Assembly: GCA_963845755.1 (NCBI GenBank)
Contig: CAWJTV010000033.1
Location: 160,001-224,000 of the forward strand
Length of the DNA stretch: 64,000 nt
DNA from: an uncultured Planctomycetota bacterium
Lineage (GTDB): Bacteria > Planctomycetota > Planctomycetia > Isosphaerales > Isosphaeraceae
Reading direction: 5' to 3'
This document shows positions 45,294-53,191 of the stretch, one piece after another. The notes below the pieces were generated by a model, which worked only from the letters and a program-made list of their open reading frames with translations, was not told where the DNA came from and made no database searches. The position numbers and the translations under genes were made by a program. Position 1 is the stretch's first letter; every line of letters begins with the position of its first letter.

Positions 45294-46373
45294 GTGTTGC
45301 TGAGCGATTCTCGACATGTGCGGCCGGAGCGACGCGCCCGACGCCGGACCAATCTGGCCGACCTGGAGCGCCTGGAGACGCGCGACCTCATGGCATTCTC
45401 CCGCCTGGGTTTCTCGCTTCCTGACCTGAAGATCACCGGCATATCCGGTTCGCCGGCCGCCTGGGGCGGGACCCTCGGCCTCACCGCCACGGTCGACAAC
45501 ATCGGCAGCAGCTCGATCACCAACCCGATCGCGCAGGCGCCGGGTAACCTCAGTACGGCCGATGCTCCCGCGTCGTCGGTCGCCATCCTGATCACGCCCC
45601 TTCGCCGCTCCCTCAAGGGCGCCATCGAGATTGGCACATTCACCGCGCCCGCGGTCCCCCAGAATAGCCTGGAACAGCTCTCGGTGGCGTTGACGCTCCC
45701 GTCCCAACCCGCGGGATTTGCCGGCCCGGGAGGTCGGTTCTTCGTCCGCCTGGTCGCCAACGCCAACGGTTCGATGGTGGAAGCGAACCGATCCAACAAC
45801 GTGAGCCGGCCCATTCCCATCAACATCGTCTCCAGTGCCCTGCCGGAACTGCGGGCGGTCTCCCTGGGCGTCCCGGCCACAATGCAGCCGGGCGACACGA
45901 TCACGCCGCAGATCACGATCGCGAACTTCGGCTCGGCACCATCGAGTACGCCGCTCCAGGTGGCCCTGGTCGCGTCCACGACCCAGAGCTTCACCGTGGG
46001 CAGCTCGATCATCGCCCTTTACAACGTCGAGACGAGCATCCCCGGCGCCTACCAGACCGGGAACAACACCCTGACCTTCACCGGACCCGCCGTCACCTTG
46101 CCAACCAGCCCCGCCACTTACTTCATCGGAGTGGTCGTCGATCCGTACGGTCAAATGAACCAGCTCGGCACCCCCTCGAACGTCTTCGAGCAGATCCACG
46201 TCGTCGGCCCGTCGAACTCGGGCCTGCCGCCGGCCGGCGTCGTCTCGACCCCGAATGACGAGCCGTTCCCCTTGCCGCCGACGGGCATCTTCATCGGAAT
46301 CTCTCCCGTCGCGGGCGAGAACACCAGCTCGATCCAGACCAGTCCTCCGCTCAGCCCGATCAGCGTGGTGTGA
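45294..46373 (+). CDS. Secreted protein with LETRDLMA leader and two CARDB-like Ig-fold domains
   Basis: GGGGAGG RBS before GTG 45294; PDLKIT...TVDNIG...EANRSNN and PELRAV...IANFG...YFIGVVVDP. Confidence 0.7.
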   Translation: MLLSDSRHVRPERRARRRTNLADLERLETRDLMAFSRLGFSLPDLKITGISGSPAAWGGTLGLTATVDNIGSSSITNPIAQAPGNLSTADAPASSVAILITPLRRSLKGAIEIGTFTAPAVPQNSLEQLSVALTLPSQPAGFAGPGGRFFVRLVANANGSMVEANRSNNVSRPIPINIVSSALPELRAVSLGVPATMQPGDTITPQITIANFGSAPSSTPLQVALVASTTQSFTVGSSIIALYNVETSIPGAYQTGNNTLTFTGPAVTLPTSPATYFIGVVVDPYGQMNQLGTPSNVFEQIHVVGPSNSGLPPAGVVSTPNDEPFPLPPTGIFIGISPVAGENTSSIQTSPPLSPISVV

Positions 46374-46685
46374 TCGGACGGCCGGGGCTGCAGATGACCG
46401 CCACCACGTGACCACGGGCCCACGCCCGTGGTCACGGACCGTAGCCGGCTTCACCCGCGCCCGTGCACCGTGCGTGCGCGGATCGAGACGGTCCTGCTCG
46501 CCCCCGGGCCGCAATCGAGACGTCCACAGCCGCGGCGGCGCGGGCCGTCTCTCCGCCCGACTCGCCGATCACGCCCATCGCGATGGCTTGACCCTGACGG
46601 CGACCGCTTCCTACAATCGACCCCTCGAAGGGCACCGCGCCCGACATCACCACGCTCCTCCTCGCTCACCGGGTCGATCTTCCGC

Positions 46686-47684
46686 ATGATTCGCCGATAT
46701 GTTAATCAGTTGACACATGGAGACTCGGTCGACGAGGTCTTCCTCGTCGCCGACAAGCAGCTCCGGGCCAATCGCCAGGGGAACCTGTACCTCCAACTGG
46801 AGCTCAGGGACAAGACCGGGAGCATCGGGGCGCGGCTCTGGAACGCGACCGAGGAGCTCGCCCGGACCTTCGAGCCCGGAGACTACCTGCGGATCCGGGG
46901 CAAGACGCAGGTGTTCCAGGGCTCGCTCCAGATCATCCTGACCCACATCGACGCGATCGACGGGTCCCAGGTCGAGCCCGAGGAGTTCCTCCCGCAGAGC
47001 TCGCAGAGCGTGGCCAAGCTGATGGGGCGGCTCCGCGAGGTCCTGCTGGCGATGAGCAACCCGCACCTCCGCGCCCTGATCGAGTGCTTCCTGATCGACG
47101 ACGACTTCGTCCGGAAGTTCACCCTCGCGCCGGCGGGGATCAAGAACCATCATGCCTATCAGGGCGGGCTCGCCGAGCACGTGGTGACCCTGCTGAACGT
47201 CGCCGACCGGATCATGGGGTTCTACCCGGAAGTCGATCGCGACCTGCTCATGACCGGCATCTTCCTCCACGACATCGGCAAGGTCGACGAGCTGTCCTAC
47301 GACCGGGCGTTCGCCTACACGGACGAAGGTCAGCTCGTGGGCCACCTGGTCATGGGCGTGGAGATGCTGGCAGAGAAGGTCGAGCGTTGTGCCGAGCTCA
47401 TGGGCGAGCCGTTCCCCCCCGAGCTGCTCCTGCGCCTCAAGCACATGATCGTCAGCCACCACGGCAACTTCGAGTACGGCAGCCCGAAATTGCCGATGAC
47501 CCTCGAAGCCATCGCGCTCCACCTGCTGGACAACCTGGACGCCAAGATCCACGCGTTCAGCCGCGAGATCCGCGACGATCCCAGCCGCGACTCGAGCTGG
47601 ACGCCGTTCCAGCAGAACCTGGGCCGACGGTTGTTCAAGGGCAACCCCAACGCGAACGGGAGCGACGGCGGGGCAGAGCTCTGA
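46686..47684 (+). CDS. yhaM: 3'-5' exoribonuclease YhaM-like (OB fold + HD domain)
   Basis: YLQLELRDKTG, APAGIKNHHAYQGGLAEH, LHDIGK, GHL, SHHG..YGSP and DNLDAK. Confidence 0.88.
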   Translation: MIRRYVNQLTHGDSVDEVFLVADKQLRANRQGNLYLQLELRDKTGSIGARLWNATEELARTFEPGDYLRIRGKTQVFQGSLQIILTHIDAIDGSQVEPEEFLPQSSQSVAKLMGRLREVLLAMSNPHLRALIECFLIDDDFVRKFTLAPAGIKNHHAYQGGLAEHVVTLLNVADRIMGFYPEVDRDLLMTGIFLHDIGKVDELSYDRAFAYTDEGQLVGHLVMGVEMLAEKVERCAELMGEPFPPELLLRLKHMIVSHHGNFEYGSPKLPMTLEAIALHLLDNLDAKIHAFSREIRDDPSRDSSWTPFQQNLGRRLFKGNPNANGSDGGAEL

Positions 47685-47724
47685 TCTCACGTTCGCGGAC
47701 CACTCTCGGCCACGGGACCCTGCG

Positions 47725-48337
47725 ATGCCATCATTCCGAATCTCCTTGGCAGCCCTGATGGGGATCATCGGGGTCATCGCACTGGGCCTCGCCGGGATGG
47801 TCTCGGCCTCGACCTTCTGGACGGCGTCCGCGGCGACCGTCACGCTTGCCCTCCTCCTGGCGGCCATCTTCGAGCGCCCGCCTGAGCGACGGGACCGACC
47901 GTGCGATCTCGTCCGGATTCGCCCTGTTCGGCTGGACTTACCTGCTGCTGGTGAACTGGGACTGGGTCGGCGGCCAGTTCGGCCACGACCTGACGGCGGG
48001 CCTGAGTGACGTTGCCGAGGCGATTTTCCCCGAGGTCAGAGCCCCCGTATTACCGCCGTCGCAATCGACCATGCCCCCGGTGCAAGCGATTCAGACCGTG
48101 ACGGTGAAACCCGGTCAGACGCCCGCGGACCTGACGCCTCCAACTCCTCCGGTCCTCACACAATTCGAATACCTCGAGCTGGTGCACCGGCGGCAGACGA
48201 AGATCGGCAACTTCGCCCAGATCGGTCGCATGATCCTCTCGCTCCTCTTCGCGATGCTGGGCGGTTTCCTCGGCCGTTTGCTGGCGCAACGTCGCGAATC
48301 ACGGTCGAGACCGGCGGAGCGGGCGGAAACCGGGTAG
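47725..48337 (+). CDS. Membrane protein with planctomycete-type FRISL leader (frameshift near 47870)
   Basis: MPSFRISLAALMGIIGVIALGLA joined to GFALFGWTYLLL...IGRMILSLLFAMLGGFLG. Confidence 0.7.
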
Positions 48338-48371
48338 TCCCGAGTCGCTGGATTCCGACTGGATCGACGAC

Positions 48372-48572
48372 CTGGTGAAGCGGCGGTTGAAAGATGCCGG
48401 GCTGTCGCCGCATTCGTTTCGCGTGACGGCGATCACCGATTTGCTCAGCCAGGGGATTCCGCTCGAGGACTTGCAATACCTGGCCGGGCATGCCGAGCCG
48501 AGGACGACCGGGCTTTACGACTGGCGGCAGAAGAAAGTGACGCGGAACATCGTGGAGAGGATTTCGATTTGA
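48372..48572 (+). pseudogene. C-terminal remnant of a tyrosine recombinase (paralogue of 51080-52048)
   Basis: KRRLKDAGLSPHSFRVTAIT..LAGHAEPRTTGLYD..VTRNIVERISI, colinear with nt 51848-52048; the N-terminal three quarters are missing. Confidence 0.88.
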
Positions 48573-48604
48573 TGATATAGGGTTTTGATTCGAGGATCGA
48601 AAAC

Positions 48605-49441
48605 ATGGATGAGAAATTTCATCCGGCACAGGCGGCACTCGCCGCAGGCGATGTCGAGAATTTGGCCTCGCTGTTAGAGGCGGACGCCGGGTTGGCGGCA
48701 GCAGTCTCCCATGCGGAGGACCATCCGACGCTCCTGCAATGCCTCGTACTTACCATGCCACCGGTTGATACCTTGGAAAAGCTGATTGACCTCCTGGCAG
48801 ATCATGGTGCCGAACTGACCGACCCGCTCATCGCGGCGTGCGGGTGCAACAACGAACGCGCGGTCGCGAAATTGCTCGACCTGGGAGCCAGGATCGAGGG
48901 TAACGGCCGCTGGTCGCCCTTGGAGGAAGCCCTGTATTTCGGGCACGAGGCAATCCTGTCGCTCCTGCTCCGGCGGGGAGCCGTCGCCGACAACCTCCGC
49001 ACCGCGGCCGGGGTCGGAGACCTGGAGAAGGTCGCCCGCTGTTTCGATGAGCAGGGCATGTTGACGGCGGCGGCCGGAGAAATCGACTGGCCGTTTGACC
49101 ATAAGGCGATACCGGCAGACTTGCGGCGCGACCGCCAGCAAATGCTCGGAAATGCCCTCGTCTATGCGGCGTCATGGGGGCGTGTGGAAGTGGCAAAATA
49201 TTTGTTGGATCAGGGGGCCCAGGTCAACCTTATCCCCGTAGGTTTTGACTACGCGGGCACGCCGCTCCATTACGCTGCATTCCAAGGCCGGCGGGAGATG
49301 ACTGATATGTTGTTACAACACGGGGCTGATCCCGCCGTGCGGGACACCAAGGTCGATGGTCTGCCGGAAGATTGGGCCGAACATTTCGGCCACACCGATC
49401 TCGCTGAGTACCTCCGGCACGCCCGTCAACGTGCCGAGTGA
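48605..49441 (+). CDS. Ankyrin-repeat protein
   Basis: SPLEEALYFGH, ALVYAASWGRVEVAKYLLDQGAQVN and TPLHYAAFQGRREMTDMLLQHGADP. Confidence 0.9.
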   Translation: MDEKFHPAQAALAAGDVENLASLLEADAGLAAAVSHAEDHPTLLQCLVLTMPPVDTLEKLIDLLADHGAELTDPLIAACGCNNERAVAKLLDLGARIEGNGRWSPLEEALYFGHEAILSLLLRRGAVADNLRTAAGVGDLEKVARCFDEQGMLTAAAGEIDWPFDHKAIPADLRRDRQQMLGNALVYAASWGRVEVAKYLLDQGAQVNLIPVGFDYAGTPLHYAAFQGRREMTDMLLQHGADPAVRDTKVDGLPEDWAEHFGHTDLAEYLRHARQRAE

Positions 49442-49615
49442 CGAATTGGTCGGATAACCCTCGGCGTTAAGCTTCCGGCGAGGCCGTTTGTCAAATCCGC
49501 GCGGGTACGGAAGTGGTTTGAGACAGAATCGTTTGAAATCGAGGCGCACCCTTTACGGCAGGCCTGTGGAAGTGATATATTCGCCCTGAATCTGTTGGCA
49601 GTGGAGGTAGCTAAA

Positions 49616-49876
49616 ATGTCCATGCCGGGATTTACCGCGGCAGCCTCGCTTTACAGAACGAGCACGCAGGATTACGGGCGTGCGGCCGCAGAGGATGCTA
49701 GCCGAGCTTCCCTAATACCCGCACTGCGGATTGGGGAAGGGCCGGGCTCGGTCAACTGCAATGACCCTTTTGCCTACTATTGCCTTGAATGCGGCGGAAC
49801 GGGCCCGGGGACGATCAGATGCTGCCCAAATGATGACTGCATCATAATAGACCGCCTGCCGGGGCGCCTTGCCTGA
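49616..49876 (+). CDS. 86-aa peptide with MPGFTAAASLY leader and a 6-Cys C-terminal core
   Basis: GGAGG RBS at 49603-49607; core C-x7-C-x2-C-x9-CC-x4-C. Confidence 0.72.
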   Translation: MSMPGFTAAASLYRTSTQDYGRAAAEDASRASLIPALRIGEGPGSVNCNDPFAYYCLECGGTGPGTIRCCPNDDCIIIDRLPGRLA

Positions 49877-49989
49877 CGCCCGCTGGCGTGCAGATGGCCT
49901 GATTCAACATATCTGGATTCACTGCTGAGGTTTCTTTGGATCCCAGCAGCGCCATTTACCGAATGGGCGGTTATACCTGCCCTGCAGGT

Positions 49990-50260
49990 GACATCGCGCC
50001 CCAAAATGGCGACGGATTGCTCAGCGTGTAGCGATCCGCTCCGCGGAACCAGGTACCGCTGCGGGTCGCCACCGACGCGGCGACGACGCACGTGGGAGTC
50101 ATCAGCAGAGCCGGATGGCTAGGACGGGCGCGGCGCGTGAGTCGCGTCAGGAAAACCTCGTGGGCCGCGGCGGGATCGGCGAGGCCCTGAACCCATCCGC
50201 TGCCGGTTTCCGTGAGGTCTCGCTGACGATGCCGCCGTCATCGAAGGTGAACGCGGCCAT
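49990..50260 (-). pseudogene. Decayed PIN-domain (VapC-like) toxin
   Basis: ATG directly after the antitoxin stop; fragments MAAF..D...ETGSGWVQGLADPAAAHEVFLTRLT and GSLHAEQSVAIL are spread over different frames. Confidence 0.55.
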
Positions 50261-50263
50261 GCG

Positions 50264-50561
50264 TCAGCGCCACTCTCGGATGATCGTGCTCAGACAGTGG
50301 TTCACCCTCGAAGGCGATGGGCTGGAAGGCCGGGCGCGACGCGGGATCGGCAGGAGTGGGCAGGCTCGATATGCGGCCGGATTTCAGGAGGTGTTGCTTG
50401 AATTCCGCTTCGGTCATCCGGGGGCCGGTTGTCGGCGTCGGGACGTGGCTGCGGAGTTGCTCCATCGCGTCGCGGGTGGAATCGTCCTCGGAGCGATAGC
50501 GCCCTGCGAGGACTTGATTATGGACGAACCACTCCAGTTCGGCGGGTAAATGGATCGTCAT
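50264..50561 (-). CDS. Ribbon-helix-helix (ParD/CopG-type) antitoxin
   Basis: MTIHLPAELEWFVHNQVLAGRYRSEDD; C-terminal GEPLSETIIRE(W)R after a 1-nt shift, typical of antitoxins that precede PIN toxins. Confidence 0.7.
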
Positions 50562-50717
50562 ACGATAGTTTCTCCTTGAGGTCTCAGCTTAACACAGGCG
50601 GGCGGCGTTGCCCCACCGGTCGTCATTGCATCCATGATACCAAGTGATTCTTTTTACTGGGGAAGTTAGCATTGGCCATCAAAACGTACGCAGTCATGTC
50701 AAATTCGAGGCGGTGCC

Positions 50718-51065
50718 ATGAAACGATTCCGGCTGAGCACACTGATGCTCCTGATCGTGATCGCGGCCTTGGTCGTCGCCCTGGCGGTGCAACAGCAGCA
50801 GGCGGGCCGCCGCGAGGCCAAACTCCAGGCCCGCTTGGCTCAGTCCTGGCCGGTCTACCTCAAGCAGCAACGGGAGGAGGCACTGCTACGACGGTTGGTG
50901 GCGAGACGAAGTCCAGGAGGGACCCAACGGCAAGAGCCGGAAGATGCAGAGCTAGACCGCGAGATTGAAGCGATGAAAGAGTTGGCAAAAACGATCGAAA
51001 CGGAAGCTCGGCGGCGACCGAGGCGAGGGACACCGACAGTCGGACGCCGAAGCACGAGTAATTAG
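50718..51065 (+). CDS. Small membrane-anchored coiled-coil protein with RFRLSTLM leader
   Basis: GAGG RBS; MKRFRLSTLMLLIVIAALVVALAV followed by a Q/E/R-rich helix; ends 14 bp before the recombinase. Confidence 0.75.
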   Translation: MKRFRLSTLMLLIVIAALVVALAVQQQQAGRREAKLQARLAQSWPVYLKQQREEALLRRLVARRSPGGTQRQEPEDAELDREIEAMKELAKTIETEARRRPRRGTPTVGRRSTSN

Positions 51066-51079
51066 GGAGGGGATAGAGG

Positions 51080-52048
51080 GTGAGTAGCGAACTGGTGAAC
51101 GTGTCGGCAGCGAACGGCCCGGTCATCGTCGCATCGGCGTTGCTGCCGGAACTGGTCGAGCGGGCAGGGGGGGCGGCACGCTTCGCCTGGGAGGAATTTC
51201 TCTTTGCCGAGCACCACAACCCGCATACGCAGAAAGCCTATCTGCGGGCGGTCAAGGCGTTCCTGGGCTGGGCCGAGGGGCAGGGGGTGGAGCTGGCCAG
51301 CGTCACGCCGGGGATGGTCGGCCGGTATATCGTGGGCCCGGGCGGCTCTCCCGCCAAGCGTAACCAGCATTTGGCGGCGCTGCGCGGCTTCTTCGACCGG
51401 CCGGTGAACCGGCATGTCGGCATCCTCGACCCGGCAGCGTCGGTGCGTGGCGTCAAGGACCAGGTGATCGTGGGCAAGACGCCGGAAATCACCATCGAGC
51501 AGGCTCGGACGCGGCTGCGGTCGGTCGATACCGGCCATGTGGTGGGCTTACGTGATCGGGCGATTCTCGCTACGCTGGCCTATACCGCCTGCCGGGCCGG
51601 GGCGGTCGCCAAGCTGCGGCTGAGCGACTTCCAGAACGACGGGACGCAGTACGTGCTGCGGTTCCAGGAAAAAGGTGGCAAGAGCCGGGAAATTCCGGTG
51701 CGTCACGATCTGGACAAATTTATACTGGCGTATGTCGAAGCGGCGGGCATCGCCGGCGAGGCCAAGGATTCGCCGCTGTTCGGGGCGTCGAACGGCCGGA
51801 GCTGGAAGTTGGCGGCGAAACCGCTGCGTACCGAGCGGATTTGCGAGCTGGTCAAGCGGCGGCTGAAAGACGCCGGGCTGTCGCCGCATTCGTTCCGGGT
51901 GACGGCGATCACCTCGCTGCTGGAGCAGGGGGTGCCGATCGAAAACATGCAATACCTGGCCGGGCATGCGGAGCCGCGAACGACGACGCTTTACGACCGG
52001 CGGAAGAAGGAAGTCACGCGGAACATCGTCGAGCGGATTCCGATTTGA
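51080..52048 (+). CDS. XerD-like tyrosine recombinase/integrase
   Basis: SAM-like N-terminus (NPHTQKAYLRAV); catalytic R (LRDRA..YTACR), K (EKGGK), HSFR, LAGH and LY all present. Confidence 0.92.
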   Translation: MSSELVNVSAANGPVIVASALLPELVERAGGAARFAWEEFLFAEHHNPHTQKAYLRAVKAFLGWAEGQGVELASVTPGMVGRYIVGPGGSPAKRNQHLAALRGFFDRPVNRHVGILDPAASVRGVKDQVIVGKTPEITIEQARTRLRSVDTGHVVGLRDRAILATLAYTACRAGAVAKLRLSDFQNDGTQYVLRFQEKGGKSREIPVRHDLDKFILAYVEAAGIAGEAKDSPLFGASNGRSWKLAAKPLRTERICELVKRRLKDAGLSPHSFRVTAITSLLEQGVPIENMQYLAGHAEPRTTTLYDRRKKEVTRNIVERIPI

Positions 52049-52249
52049 TGTCCAATGATATGTGGAGGCTACGTTGAAGTGCGTTGTCCTACTCGGGTTC
52101 CCAAATCTGCGGTTTTGCTGTTTCCCGACGGAGCCTAGAATCTGAGGGCTGATCGACTTACCGATCCCAGCCGGAGCCTGATCCCGCATCAAGTTCAGGG
52201 TGGAAAGACGTTCTTCGAGGCGAAGAAACTTCAAATGGAGGGGGCCGAA

Positions 52250-52510
52250 GTGAAGACCATCCACAAGTACTCACTTGATACAACCCGCGAAGACAAGATC
52301 ACCGTCATGATGCCCCTTGTCGCCAAAATCGTGATGGTCGGATCGCAGAACGGTCAGCCTTTCCTCTGGGCCATAGTGAACTCAGAAAGCCCCCTGATCG
52401 AAAGGCATTACCGCCTGATCGCTACCGGCCAACCAATCCCCGGCGGATATGAACATGTTGCGAGTTTCACCAGGAACAACGGCGAGTCCACCTGGCACCT
52501 TTTCGAGTGA
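52250..52510 (+). CDS. Small beta-rich hypothetical protein of a phage-associated type (DUF7352-like)
   Basis: GGAGGGGG RBS; KTIHKYSL..MP..AKIV..QNGQPFLWAIV..ATGQPIP..WHLFE pattern recognised from memory. Confidence 0.6.
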   Translation: MKTIHKYSLDTTREDKITVMMPLVAKIVMVGSQNGQPFLWAIVNSESPLIERHYRLIATGQPIPGGYEHVASFTRNNGESTWHLFE

Positions 52511-52651
52511 CGGAGCGATCGTTTTTTTCTGGACGACCTTGAATTCTCCGATTGGCTAGTGCCGGTGAGCGTCGATGACCAATGCCAAGGACGGCCGCAC
52601 GGTCGCCGAGCTAATTGGCCTACGCCGTCATGTTCGATTCGAGGTGGTGCC

Positions 52652-52915
52652 ATGCGACGTTTCTGGCCGAGGACGCTGATGCTCTTGATCGTGATCGCGG
52701 TCTTGGTCTTCGCCCTGGTGTTGCTCGATTCCTTACCTAGGCTCATCGTATGGAATTCGTAAGTCCTTGGGCCGAATCTCAGGGCCGAGCTGAACGCTTA
52801 AATTGCTGAGTTGAACCAAAGTAACACGGAGTTGCTAATGAAACTGATAAATGCAGATCAAGGATTCCAGGTCGAGGTGAAGAGGGCAAAGGCCGAGAAA
52901 CCGGAGGTAGAGTGA
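52652..52915 (+). pseudogene. Second RFxxRTLM-leader coiled-coil ORF, disrupted
   Basis: 5' region colinear with 50687-50785; in-frame stop at 52762; coiled-coil-like fragments (IAELNQSNTELLMKL, VEVKRAKAEKPEVE) downstream. Confidence 0.6.
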
Positions 52916-52949
52916 GCAACGATCTGGTCAAAGCGTCATCGGCAATCGC
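52912..52949 (+). pseudogene. N-terminal stub of a third recombinase copy
   Basis: GGAGG RBS plus GTG AGC AAC GAT CTG GTC (MSNDLV), versus GTG AGT AGC GAA CTG GTG (MSSELV) at 51080, in the same position after the leader ORF. Confidence 0.5.
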
Positions 52950-53070
52950 TGTCAATAGACCCGAAGCTTAACGAGGTTAGCGGACCCGAACCTTGACGAG
53001 CTTGAGGTTCTCCTCACGGGGCAGTTTCCTCCAAGTTAAGCAGCCTGCAAATCGAGGCCAGCATGAGCTG
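52950..53070. mobile_element. Isolated transposon/IS terminus (TGT end with two internal 18-bp direct repeats)
   Basis: TGTCAATA followed by GACCCGAAGCTTAACGAG (52958-52975) and GACCCGAACCTTGACGAG (52983-53000), 25-bp period. Confidence 0.5.
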
Positions 53071-53191
53071 AGAGTCTGTCCCAGAAGGGGCGGGTCCGGG
53101 CGAGCGGGGGGCGTCAGCCCCCTGTCTTGGAGGTCCGTCGCTCACCGGACAGGGGGCTGACGCCCCCGCTCGCCCTTCTGGGACAGACTCT
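53071..53191. mobile_element. MITE/REP-like nested palindrome of about 120 bp
   Basis: 19-bp perfect TIRs AGAGTCTGTCCCAGAAGGG (53071-53089) and 53173-53191; inner arms 53098-53126 and 53148-53175. Confidence 0.75.

Noticed and set aside
49450..49550. Possible integron attC site after the ankyrin gene (TAAC...GTTAAGC)
   Set aside because: No complementary L'/R' half was found, and the recombinase lacks recognisable IntI features
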